In this document: piece by piece, positions 18,760 through 27,138 of the stretch
Position numbering within the stretch: position 1 is the first letter of the stretch
Layout of the letters: every line of letters starts with the position of its first letter
Assembly: GCA_021791495.1 (NCBI GenBank)
Contig: JAJYWN010000011.1
Coordinates: 1,015 to 65,014 of the forward strand
From: Bacillota bacterium
GTDB lineage: Bacteria; Bacillota; Sulfobacillia; JAJYWN01
Direction: 5' to 3'
DNA length: 64,000 bases
Notes under the pieces: model-generated
The model's database searches: none
The model's input: the letters and a program-made list of their open reading frames with translations, nothing else
What the model was told of the DNA's origin: nothing
Position numbers and translations under genes: made by a program

Positions 18760-20151
18760 CTAGAGATGGGTATGCGGCAGGCGCCTGGCCGCCACGGCCC
18801 GCCGGACCACGCGCGGCAGGTCGGCCAGGCCGGCGACATAGAGGCCCTTCGCGCGCAGACGGACGAAAAGCTCCGTGGCCAGACCACCGGTGTAGTCGCG
18901 GACGTCCAGAGGCGAGTTGCCCACGGCGATCACGGGGCGTCCCGATTCCAGGACATCTTGAAGGTTAGCCAGGTTTCCAGGGCCGAAGGGGACGTCGGCC
19001 AAGACGATCGCCGTGGCTGCCGCCATCAGCCGGCGGTTGGCGGCTGAGGCATCCGGGGATACCGGCGAGAAGGGCGGCACCTCGGCTATCTCCAGCCCCA
19101 GGGCGCGGGCTTTCTCCCAGTCCGTGTCAGAAACGTTCAGGACTCCCGTGCTTACCCGCGCGCCTTCCAGGAGGAGCAGGTCGTAGATGGACTGACCGCT
19201 GCCGCCGCCGGCTACGACATGCACACGGAGACCGCCTAACCCGGGGGAACCGTGGGTCACGCCCCCAAGGGTCACGGCGTCTCCTCCACCCTCGTCCGTC
19301 TCAGGGGGGCCGGCAACCACTTCCTCCCACCGCCGTTGCCGCGAGGTATCCGGTAATAATGTGAGCCGGGGGTAGTCGCCCCCCGGACTACGGTCCACCG
19401 CCACCTTGGCGCCGTAGACGGACCTGATGTTAGCGGGGGTCAAGACCTCGCCGGGGCTGCCCATGGCGTAGATCCGCCCTTCTTTCAGGAGGACCAGGAT
19501 GTCGCAGTAGGCCGCGGCCAGGTTTAGGTCGTGGAGGACGGCGATGACCGTCAGGTGGTGCCGCCGGTTCAGGTAACGCACCAGGTCGAGGACTTCCAGC
19601 TGGTGGTTGATATCCAGGTGGGAGGTGGGCTCGTCCAACATCAGTAGCTTCGGTTCCTGGGTCAGGGCCCGCGCCAGGACAGCGCGCTGCCTCTCGCCGC
19701 CCGACAGCTCGGGAAGAGGACGTTCGGCCAACGCCGCCACCTGCGCTTGCTCCATGGCCCGCTCCACGGCCTGGCGGTCGCGGGCGCTTTCCCGGGCCAT
19801 CCGGCCCATGTGTGGATAGCGGCCCATGGCCACGAACTCGCGGACGGTGAATGGAAAACCTACCGCCAGATCCTGCTCCATGACGGCCAATCGCCGGCTG
19901 AGTTCCAGGGGCCGTAGCCCGGCGATGTCCTCACCGTCGAGGCGGACCGTACCACCGTCCCAAGGGCGGACCACCCCCGACAGGACCCGCAGGAGCGTCG
20001 ACTTGCCGGAGGCGTTGGGCCCGATGAGCCCCAGAAACTCACCTTTCAAGGCCGATAGGCTGACATCGTGCAGCACCGCCCGACCCCCGCCATACCCGAA
20101 GGTGACGGAATCGGCCTCCAAGTGAATGGAACTAGCTCTCTCTCCTCTCAT
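18760..20151 (-). CDS. btuD: ABC transporter ATP-binding protein (BtuD/FepC-type) with ~210-aa C-terminal extension of unknown function
   Basis: Walker A GPNASGKSTLL, signature LSGGERQRAVLA, Walker B LLMLDEPTSHLD. The start is an ATG overlapping the permease stop (ATGA). The C-terminal region (RVHVVAGGGSGQ...VIAVGN) is not ABC-like. Confidence 0.8.
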   Translation of the reverse strand: MRGERASSIHLEADSVTFGYGGGRAVLHDVSLSALKGEFLGLIGPNASGKSTLLRVLSGVVRPWDGGTVRLDGEDIAGLRPLELSRRLAVMEQDLAVGFPFTVREFVAMGRYPHMGRMARESARDRQAVERAMEQAQVAALAERPLPELSGGERQRAVLARALTQEPKLLMLDEPTSHLDINHQLEVLDLVRYLNRRHHLTVIAVLHDLNLAAAYCDILVLLKEGRIYAMGSPGEVLTPANIRSVYGAKVAVDRSPGGDYPRLTLLPDTSRQRRWEEVVAGPPETDEGGGDAVTLGGVTHGSPGLGGLRVHVVAGGGSGQSIYDLLLLEGARVSTGVLNVSDTDWEKARALGLEIAEVPPFSPVSPDASAANRRLMAAATAIVLADVPFGPGNLANLQDVLESGRPVIAVGNSPLDVRDYTGGLATELFVRLRAKGLYVAGLADLPRVVRRAVAARRLPHTHL

Positions 20152-21257
20152 ACCCTTGACCGCCTGAGAAGATATAGGAAGAACGGCCCGCCCACGAGGG
20201 CGGTAATGATACCTACCGGGATCTCGGTCGGGGGCAGGATGCACCGGGCCAAAGTGTCGGCGCCCGTAAGCAAGACCGCTCCCCCCAGGGCCGCCGACGG
20301 CAACAGGGACCGGTGATCGGGCCCCAGGGCCGCGCGGACCATGTGCGGGACGACCAGTCCGACGAAGCCGATGATGCCCACCATGGACACCGAGGCGGCC
20401 GTCAAGAGGGAGGCGGTGACCAACACCACCCGCCGCAGTCTTTCGGGGTCGGCCCCCAGGTGCTGTGCGGGTTCATCACCGAGGAGGATGAGGTTCAGGT
20501 CCCGAGCGTAGAAAAGCAGGACGGCGGCACCGGCCAGGACGTAAGGAGCCACCGCGGCCACGTGCGGCCACCCGCGTCCGGCCAGGCTCCCCATGATCCA
20601 GAAGACGATTTCCTTGAGGTCCTGGGAGAAGAAGACTTGCAGTCCGGCCACGATGGCCGCTAGGAAGGAACTGACGGCGACGCCGGCCAAGAGCAGGTTC
20701 GTGACTGGCACCCTGCCGCGGACCCGGGCCAGGTTGAATACCAGGAAAACGGAGCCGATGGCTCCGGCGAAAGCCAGGAGCGGCACGGCTCCGAACCCCA
20801 GGAAGGCGTCCGGCAGGCGGAAGACGATGGCGATGGCGGCCCCCAGGGCCGCTCCGGCCGAGACACCGATAATGTACGGGTCGGCCATGGGGTTGGCGAA
20901 AAGCCCCTGGAAAGCGGTGCCGGCCAAAGCTAAGCCTGCCCCCACCAGCACTCCCAACAGGGCGCGCGGCAGCCGCATGTCCAGGATGATGGTGGCGTCC
21001 ACGTCGGTCCAGTGCGCCGCGGGGAAAAGCCTGCTAACGGTGGCCGCCGGCACACCGATGCCGCGGAGCAGGACTCCGGCTACCGCCGGCAGAGGAATGG
21101 ATACTGCCCCTACCGTCAGAGAAACCACAACTACCAGGGCCAGCAGGCCCCCCAAGATCCAGGGGGCCCGCTTCCTGGCGATCTGACGGCGCCGGGCCGA
21201 GGGGCCGGCGTCGCCGCTGCTACCGGTGGTTATCCCGCCGGTTGCGACTCTGGCCGA
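20148..21257 (-). CDS. btuC: FecCD-family ABC permease (BtuC-like)
   Basis: About 10 TM helices with FecCD blocks (GAALGAAIA..., GIIGFVGLVVPH). The ORF-track N-terminus overlaps the binding-protein gene; the true start is probably the GTG near 21257. Confidence 0.82.
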   Translation of the reverse strand, partial: SARVATGGITTGSSGDAGPSARRRQIARKRAPWILGGLLALVVVVSLTVGAVSIPLPAVAGVLLRGIGVPAATVSRLFPAAHWTDVDATIILDMRLPRALLGVLVGAGLALAGTAFQGLFANPMADPYIIGVSAGAALGAAIAIVFRLPDAFLGFGAVPLLAFAGAIGSVFLVFNLARVRGRVPVTNLLLAGVAVSSFLAAIVAGLQVFFSQDLKEIVFWIMGSLAGRGWPHVAAVAPYVLAGAAVLLFYARDLNLILLGDEPAQHLGADPERLRRVVLVTASLLTAASVSMVGIIGFVGLVVPHMVRAALGPDHRSLLPSAALGGAVLLTGADTLARCILPPTEIPVGIITALVGGPFFLYLLRRSRV

Positions 21258-21261
21258 CACT

Positions 21262-22227
21262 TTACTTGAACTGGTCAGGGTACAGGACTTTGGCCGCTGC
21301 TTCCAAGCCGTCCATAAGGCGCGGACCCGGCCGGGAAACAAGGTCGGGGTTCACCGTGTACACCTTGTTGTTCTTGACCGCCGTGAGCTTGGACCAACCG
21401 TTCAGCTTCTTGACCTTATCCATCGTGTCGGGGGAACTGGAACCGATGACGATGACGTCCGGGTCGTCTTTCAGAAGCGACTCCATACTGTACTGGGAGT
21501 AGGCCTGATTGGTCTTGGTCGCCACGTTGGTTGCTCCCAGCTTCACCAGGATGTCGTTGATGAAGCTCCCCGGCCCCACCGTCCAGAGCTGGTCGTCCAG
21601 CATCCAAAAGACCTTGGGTCGCTTGTCGGCGGCCACCGCGGCCACTTTCGCCAGAACGGCCTTCTCTTTGGCCTGCATCACCCCCACGACTTCCTGGGCT
21701 TTGGCCGCGGTCCCGGTGATCTTCCCCACGAGATTGATCTCGTCGTAGACCGCTGCCAGGCTGGATGCTTGCAAGACGAAGGTCGGCACCTTCAGGCCAT
21801 CGAGCTTCTTTACGATCTCGCTCTGGGCTGTGCCTACCGCCAGCACCAGGTCGGGCTTGAGGCCTACGATCTTCTCGTAGTTGGGGTTGAAAGCGTCGCC
21901 CACCTTCTCTTTCTTCGTCGCTTCGGGCGGGAAGTTATCGAAATTGCTGACGCCGAAGACCTTGTCGCCCAGACCCAAGGCGAAGAGAATCTCGGTGTTA
22001 CTGGGGGCCATAGATACCAGGCGCTGCGGGCGCGTGGCCAGCTTGACTTCACGCCCCGCCTCGTCTTTCAGGGTCATCGGGAAACCGGCCTTACGGTCGG
22101 CCCGGACCTCTTTCGAGAGGAAGCAGCCAGACACCGAAACCGCGGTCAAGGAAGCCAGCAAGGCCGCCACCACGACCGCCTTCCACCTACTCGTCCGTCG
22201 AATGCTCAGTCGCACGGTTTGAAACAC
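21262..22227 (-). CDS. btuF: periplasmic-binding-protein lipoprotein of a B12/Fe-siderophore ABC transporter (BtuF-like)
   Basis: Lipoprotein signal (...AVSVSGC) and a class III PBP fold (KPDLVLAV..., VIVIGS). Immediately downstream of a cobalamin riboswitch. Confidence 0.8.
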   Translation of the reverse strand: MFQTVRLSIRRTSRWKAVVVAALLASLTAVSVSGCFLSKEVRADRKAGFPMTLKDEAGREVKLATRPQRLVSMAPSNTEILFALGLGDKVFGVSNFDNFPPEATKKEKVGDAFNPNYEKIVGLKPDLVLAVGTAQSEIVKKLDGLKVPTFVLQASSLAAVYDEINLVGKITGTAAKAQEVVGVMQAKEKAVLAKVAAVAADKRPKVFWMLDDQLWTVGPGSFINDILVKLGATNVATKTNQAYSQYSMESLLKDDPDVIVIGSSSPDTMDKVKKLNGWSKLTAVKNNKVYTVNPDLVSRPGPRLMDGLEAAAKVLYPDQFK

Positions 22228-22339
22228 CTCCGGAAAATGATCGAGCCCCGGCCTGTACGGTCCGGGGCTTGCTTGCTCTGGCTGGAGCGGCCCGTTAGAA
22301 AGCCGCCCGCCGCACCCCCCTTTCCGACGAAGGTCAAGT

Positions 22340-22520
22340 GTGCTTCCCGAAACGGGCAGGTCTCCTGGCTTCCGTTCTTCCTCCCCGCGCCTTCCCGCCG
22401 GCTGGGCCGGCAGTGGCTAGAGCGGTTCGTCGCGGTTACAGTGGCGGGACCGCGCCGGCTTAGGACCGCGCTCTTCGCGCCAAACGGTCCTCACCGGACT
22501 TCCCTATTATCCCCGCCCCC
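22340..22520 (-). promoter_or_regulatory. cobalamin (B12) riboswitch upstream of btuFCD
   Basis: Minus strand reads AUAAUAGGGAAGUCCGGUGAGGACC ... GCCACUGUAA ... GCCACUGCC ... GGGAAGG ... AGCCAGGAGACCUGCCC. The last segment matches the B12 box (compare E. coli btuB AGCCCGAAGACCUGCC). Position is 5' of the binding-protein gene. Confidence 0.8.
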
Positions 22521-22588
22521 TTCACTAGGGGCGGGGCACCCGTTTCCTTAGAATAACGCTATTCGGTTTTCACTATCCAGTATAGCGG

Positions 22589-23626
22589 CTATTCGCTCCT
22601 CTTCGCAAGCTGGCATTTCGCCGGGTCCAACTGGTCGCAGTCCTCGCAGGTGATGGCGCACGGTTCCAAGTGGATGACGATGGACGACCGGGGGAAGGCC
22701 TGTTTCACGTCTTGTTCGATGTGCTCGGCCACGTCGTGAGCGTCCACCAGGGACCGCGAGCGGTGGAAGACCATATGCAGGTCCACGTGGACCTCCCCTC
22801 CGGCCTTGCGCGTGCGCAGCTTATGAACCCCCACATAGCGGTCGGCGTGGTCCTTGATGATGCCTTCGATGACCTTCTCCTCGGCCTCCGGTAAGCGCGC
22901 ATCCAAGAGGGGCGCGAAGGCCTCCTCGGTGAGTTCCCAGGCGGCCCGGATGATCAGGGCGGCCACGACGATGGCGGCGATGGGGTCTAGGATGGGCAGG
23001 TGCGTGAAGTGGATCAGGGCCAAGCCCACGAAGACACCCACCGAAGTCCAGACGTCGGTGCTGAGATGGATGGCGTCGGCTTTCAGGGCCACCGAGTCGA
23101 GCCGGACCGCGGTGCGCATCAGAAAGCGCGAAACGAAGATGTTCACGATGCTAGAGGTCCCCATGACCGCCATGCCCAGCACCAGGGACTCCACATGCGC
23201 GCCGTGGATCAGCTTCCGGATGGCTTCCAGCAGGATCCAGGCGGCGGCGAAGAAGATGAGGACCGCCTCGACGACGCCGGACACGTTCTCGATTTTTCCG
23301 TGGCCATATTGGTGTCGCTCATCCGCGGGACGGGAAGCCTGCCGCAAGGAAAAGAAGGCGATGGCGGCGGCCAGGAGGTCCAAGCCGGAGTGGATGGCTT
23401 CCGAAAGGACGCTGACCGATCCCATGGTGATCCCGACCACGGTCTTCATGATGACCAGGGATATGTTAGAGATAACCGAGACTCCGGCTGCTCTGACACG
23501 AGGGTCCTCTAGGAACAACAACCCGATCTCTCCTTGTGGGCGGCGTTTATGGGAAACCGCGGGCAACAAAAATGGGACGGCACGATGTGACGTCCCACGG
23601 GTTTCAGTTTTTCCCGCTGCCGGCAA
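22589..23626 (-). CDS. cation diffusion facilitator (CDF) family metal efflux transporter
   Basis: Six TM helices with HxxxD motifs (SEAIHSGLD, HLSTDVWTS), a C-terminal cytoplasmic domain and a Cys/His tail; 345 aa. Confidence 0.85.
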   Translation of the reverse strand: MPAAGKTETRGTSHRAVPFLLPAVSHKRRPQGEIGLLFLEDPRVRAAGVSVISNISLVIMKTVVGITMGSVSVLSEAIHSGLDLLAAAIAFFSLRQASRPADERHQYGHGKIENVSGVVEAVLIFFAAAWILLEAIRKLIHGAHVESLVLGMAVMGTSSIVNIFVSRFLMRTAVRLDSVALKADAIHLSTDVWTSVGVFVGLALIHFTHLPILDPIAAIVVAALIIRAAWELTEEAFAPLLDARLPEAEEKVIEGIIKDHADRYVGVHKLRTRKAGGEVHVDLHMVFHRSRSLVDAHDVAEHIEQDVKQAFPRSSIVIHLEPCAITCEDCDQLDPAKCQLAKRSE

Positions 23627-23689
23627 GGCCCGGGCCGGGGTGTCAATCCGGCTCCTGACTACCGTCTTATTCGGTGTTTGTTCTCTATC

Positions 23690-23893
23690 CTAGCTGGAGG
23701 CGACGGCGGAGTTCAAGTCCTTTATCAGTCTCTCCACGTCCACCTGATGGGCCAGTGCCGCTTCCTCGACGGTCTCATCAACGGAGATGTGGCAACCAAA
23801 ACAGTGCATTCCGTGACGGAGGAAAACTTGGATGGTCTTCGGGCTAACTCTGAGCACTTCGGCGATGGTCTGGTCCTTCTTGATTTCGGCCAC
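23690..23893 (-). CDS. DUF1858 small protein
   Basis: 67 aa; the TIAEVL...HGMHCFGCHIS...TVEEAA pattern is typical of the DUF1858 family. Confidence 0.65.
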   Translation of the reverse strand: MAEIKKDQTIAEVLRVSPKTIQVFLRHGMHCFGCHISVDETVEEAALAHQVDVERLIKDLNSAVASS

Positions 23894-23917
23894 TGTCGTT
23901 CGCCCCCTTTCCCCGAT

Positions 23918-23946
23918 ATTATAGACTATTTCCCCCGCCCCATCAA
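23918..23946 (-). promoter_or_regulatory. sigma-A type promoter (TTGATG-17-TATAAT) for the DUF1858 gene
   Basis: Minus strand gTTGATGgggcgggggaaatagtcTATAATatcgggGAAAGGGGGcgaacgacagtgATG. The -35 element overlaps the rluB stop. Confidence 0.55.
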
Positions 23947-24798
23947 CGGCGAGGAACGGCGCCGCGGCCGCGGGGAAGCAGGGGCGGCACGGGACGCCCG
24001 GCCACTTCTCGCGGTGGCACCGGGCACAGCCCGAGGGACAGCCCGAGGGACAGCCGCTCCACCCCTAGGTCCGCCGCCGGTCGCCCACCGCCTTAACGCA
24101 TCGGCTTCCTCCTGCCGCAGGTAGCGCCACTGCCCGGGAGTAAGGCCTCCCAGAGCCAGGTTGCCGATGCGTGTCCGGACCAGGTTTCGTACCTCGTGCC
24201 CCACCGCCTCCATCATCCGGCGGACCTGCCGGTTCCGACCTTCATGGATGACGATTTCAAGGAGAGCGTCACCGCCCACCTGGCCCACTGTGCGCACCCG
24301 GGCCGGTGCCGTCAGGCCGTCCTCCAGCGTCACGCCGCTGGAAAGGGTGCGGAGAGCCTGCGGGCCGGGAGTGCCGGACACGTGACAGAGGTAGTACTTG
24401 GGGATCTCGTGCCTGGGATGCATCATCGTGTGGGCGAAATCCCCGTCGTTCGTCAGGAGAATCAGACCGCTGGTGAGGAAGTCCAGACGTCCCACAGGGT
24501 AGACCCGTTCCTTGACTCCTGTGACCAAGTCCATCACTGTGGGGCGTCCCTGGGGGTCGCTGACCGTGGTGACGTATCCCGCAGGTTTATGAAGGGCGAC
24601 GTAAAGGCGTTCCCCGATGTGGGTCAGGGGCCGCCCGTCCACTTCAATGTGGTCTTTGTCCGGATCCGCTTTGGTGCCCAGTTCCGTTACGACCGCACCG
24701 TTAACCTTGATCCGCCCCGCCAAGAGCATTAGCTCAGCCTTGCGGCGGGAAGCCACGCCGTGTGCGGATAGGATTTTCTGCAACCGGTCCTTAGCCAA
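23926..24798 (-). CDS. rluB: 23S rRNA pseudouridine synthase RluB (S4 domain + RsuA-family catalytic domain) with Arg-rich tail
   Basis: S4 domain (RLQKILSAHGVASRRKAELMLLAGRIKVNG), catalytic GRLDFLTSGLILLTNDG and HEGRNRQVRRMME. Likely TTG start at 24798 preceded by AAAAGGGGG; the first 35 ORF-track aa are probably untranslated. Confidence 0.85.
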   Translation of the reverse strand: MAKDRLQKILSAHGVASRRKAELMLLAGRIKVNGAVVTELGTKADPDKDHIEVDGRPLTHIGERLYVALHKPAGYVTTVSDPQGRPTVMDLVTGVKERVYPVGRLDFLTSGLILLTNDGDFAHTMMHPRHEIPKYYLCHVSGTPGPQALRTLSSGVTLEDGLTAPARVRTVGQVGGDALLEIVIHEGRNRQVRRMMEAVGHEVRNLVRTRIGNLALGGLTPGQWRYLRQEEADALRRWATGGGPRGGAAVPRAVPRAVPGATARSGRASRAAPASPRPRRRSSPLMGRGK

Positions 24799-24945
24799 AG
24801 AAAAGTGCCCCCTTTTCGCCGCCACCAAAGCTTCGCGGTGCCGCCACGCTTTCCTGTGTAGTGTGGCATCAAAGGAGGTTTGGCTCACGTGCTTGAGAGC
24901 CAAGGGTGAAAAAGAAATAACGATAGGAGGGAGACGAGGAAATGA

Positions 24946-25950
24946 TCAACCGCCCCGGAACTCGCCCCGCATGCGGCGCCAGTCGTCCGCGCCCAGGTCG
25001 GCCTTGCAGGTGCGTATCGGCTCGCCGTCGGAGGTGAACAGGAGACAGCTCCCGCACACACCTTCGCCGCAGCACAGGGCGCGGTTGTTGGTGAAAACCA
25101 TCGGCGCGCGGAGGCCGACACGCTCCATGGTCTGGCCTACCCGGTGGTGGAGCCAGTCGGCCCCGCACGACACGACCAGTCCCGGAGCGGTCTCGCGTAT
25201 CAGGTTCTCGATGTTCAGTCCCCGGTCCGCGGCGTCTCCGGGAAGCGGCGGGTCCAACCTTCCCACCAGCACCCGGGCTCCCGTCGCCCTGGTCTCGGCC
25301 AGGAAGAGTGGCGCGCCGGCTCGGGCGGGGTCGATGACCATGGTGATCTCGGCCTCGGTGGGAGCGACATATCTGGCGACATTCAAGGCCGCTCCCTGCC
25401 CCGGGCCGCGCGCCAGGATGAGGACACGGGTACCGCGGGCAATGTCCAGCGAGCGGCGTCCGAAAAGGCCGTTCCAATAGGGACCGCGGACGTCGACACG
25501 GGCGGCCTCGGCAATGGAACGGGTCTTCGGCCCCAGGGCTTCGATGAGCGCGGTCAGTGCCAGGCGGTCACCCGTGATCTCTGTCTCCAACAGACTGACC
25601 GGGGCGTAAAAGGCCTGCGGATAGCCGCTCTTCTTCAAGAAGACGAAGGTGCCTGGCGCGGACCAGCTCTCGGCGGTCAGACGGTGGGTGGCGATGGTGA
25701 TGAGGACGCTGTCCGGGGCCAGTTCGCGGCGGGCCGTCACCGTGCCGGCCCTTTCCTGGCGGCCGGGCGGCGGGTCCCCGGTGGGGCGGTCCAATTGGTA
25801 CACGCACACACCGCACCACTGGCAATCGCAGAAATCGCGCCCCTGGAACTGCGAGCAGAGGACACAGTCTCCCGTAGCCGCAAGGTAGCAGGGGCAATAG
25901 ATCGAACCGGCATCGGCGCACGGAAAGCTTTTCTGGTGTGTGATCTGCAA
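24946..25950 (-). CDS. PyrK-like FAD/NAD(P)-binding oxidoreductase with C-terminal [2Fe-2S] motif and N-terminal 10-Cys domain
   Basis: FAD beta-barrel (PGTFVFLK), NAD-binding LILARGPGQGAAL, C-terminal CCGEGVCGSC...C as in PyrK/AsrB. The N-terminus is CADAGSIYCPCYLAATGDCVLCSQFQGRDFCDCQWCGVC. TTG start at 25950 with GGAGG 8 nt upstream. Confidence 0.7.
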   Translation of the reverse strand: MQITHQKSFPCADAGSIYCPCYLAATGDCVLCSQFQGRDFCDCQWCGVCVYQLDRPTGDPPPGRQERAGTVTARRELAPDSVLITIATHRLTAESWSAPGTFVFLKKSGYPQAFYAPVSLLETEITGDRLALTALIEALGPKTRSIAEAARVDVRGPYWNGLFGRRSLDIARGTRVLILARGPGQGAALNVARYVAPTEAEITMVIDPARAGAPLFLAETRATGARVLVGRLDPPLPGDAADRGLNIENLIRETAPGLVVSCGADWLHHRVGQTMERVGLRAPMVFTNNRALCCGEGVCGSCLLFTSDGEPIRTCKADLGADDWRRMRGEFRGG

Positions 25951-26007
25951 CTGTCCCGCCTCCCCACCCACACTATGATGGGGAGGGGGGTTGTGACACT
26001 CGTCCTG

Positions 26008-27129
26008 CTAGACCTGGGTCAACCGTTGGAAGAGACCGGCCGGTCCCGACCGGACGACGTCGAAGACGGGACATCCTGTCCGCCGCCCCAATTCATCGAC
26101 GAGGGAGGCATATTCAGCGTCAGCCATGTGGCCGGCTAGATAGTAACGTCCGCGGTGGTCGTACGTCGGGCGGTAGGGGCTGGTGGTGATCGCGGACAGG
26201 CGGACCGCCGACGACAGGAAAACCCTCCAGCCAGCGGCTTTTAGCCGAAGGAGCGCCGCGACGGTGTCCGGGGCGGGGCCGGCGACGGCCAGTGCCGCGG
26301 CCGAAGGGAAGACCATCTCCCCCGGGGCCATGTGACTTTCCACGAGGTATGCGGCCAGGGCGCGGAGAGCTCTGGCTCCAACGAGGGACGGGAAGACCAG
26401 ACGGAACGGCCGGCGGCGGGACACGGGCGGAGGCGCCGCCGTCAAGAAAGCCGCCAGGTCCGCCGCGGCCGTCTCGTCCGTTAGAACGGCCGGTCCCGGC
26501 AGTTCGGCCACAGGAAGCGGGGCGGCCCCTTCTCCCCATCCAACCCCACCTCTCCGTCCTCCATCCTCCGCTCCCGGCAAGTTGAAGAGGAAGGCCAGAG
26601 CCCGCGCTTCGTCCAGGATCACCTGGACGCTCTCATCACGGGCCGCTCCGGTCGAGAGGACCATCTGGTCCACGACCGACAAGGGCGCAAGGCGGTTGAC
26701 CGCGCCATCAACCAGAGCCAGGTCGGTACCCTCGGCCCGCAATGAATCGAGGACCAGCCGCAGTTCCGCCGCGACCAGCGGCCCGGCCAGGACCGTCAGG
26801 CCGGGGTGCAGGACGCGGTAGATGGCGATGGGCCCCAAAGGGGACCGGAAAGGCGTGACCGAAAGAAGCTCGAGTGTGGCCAGGACCGCGGGAGTGGCGG
26901 TCGGTGGCGCGCCGGCCTCGAAGGGGATGGCCGTCGCCACCAGCGCTCCCGCGGGCACGTACACGCGGGGTTTGGGCAACCCGGTGACGTTGTCCTTGGC
27001 TTCCCCGTCCATGCCGATGCTGGTGAGCGCCAGACGCAGCCCCGCCCGGGTCGCTTCGCCGGCGACCGCCGTCAGGGCCGTGGTCTTGCCCGTGTTCTTG
27101 GCCGTTCCGGCGAAGCCGATGCTCTTCAC
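26008..27129 (-). CDS. P-loop ATPase of the DTBS/CobQ/CobA-like class (Walker A GTAKNTGKTT), function unknown
   Basis: GTG start with GGAGA RBS. IGFAGTAKNTGKTTAL resembles BioD/CobB/CobQ (GTxxxxGKT) and CobA (FTGNGKGKTTAA). LALVDGAVNRL resembles the hhhEGAGG block. About 370 aa, Ala/Pro-rich. Confidence 0.55.
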   Translation of the reverse strand: MKSIGFAGTAKNTGKTTALTAVAGEATRAGLRLALTSIGMDGEAKDNVTGLPKPRVYVPAGALVATAIPFEAGAPPTATPAVLATLELLSVTPFRSPLGPIAIYRVLHPGLTVLAGPLVAAELRLVLDSLRAEGTDLALVDGAVNRLAPLSVVDQMVLSTGAARDESVQVILDEARALAFLFNLPGAEDGGRRGGVGWGEGAAPLPVAELPGPAVLTDETAAADLAAFLTAAPPPVSRRRPFRLVFPSLVGARALRALAAYLVESHMAPGEMVFPSAAALAVAGPAPDTVAALLRLKAAGWRVFLSSAVRLSAITTSPYRPTYDHRGRYYLAGHMADAEYASLVDELGRRTGCPVFDVVRSGPAGLFQRLTQV

Positions 27130-27138
27130 AGCCGTCTC

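Noticed and set aside
21226-22551. 441-aa plus-strand ORF antisense to the btuF-like gene and running through the riboswitch.
   Set aside because: Antisense artefact; the region is better explained by the binding protein plus the riboswitch.
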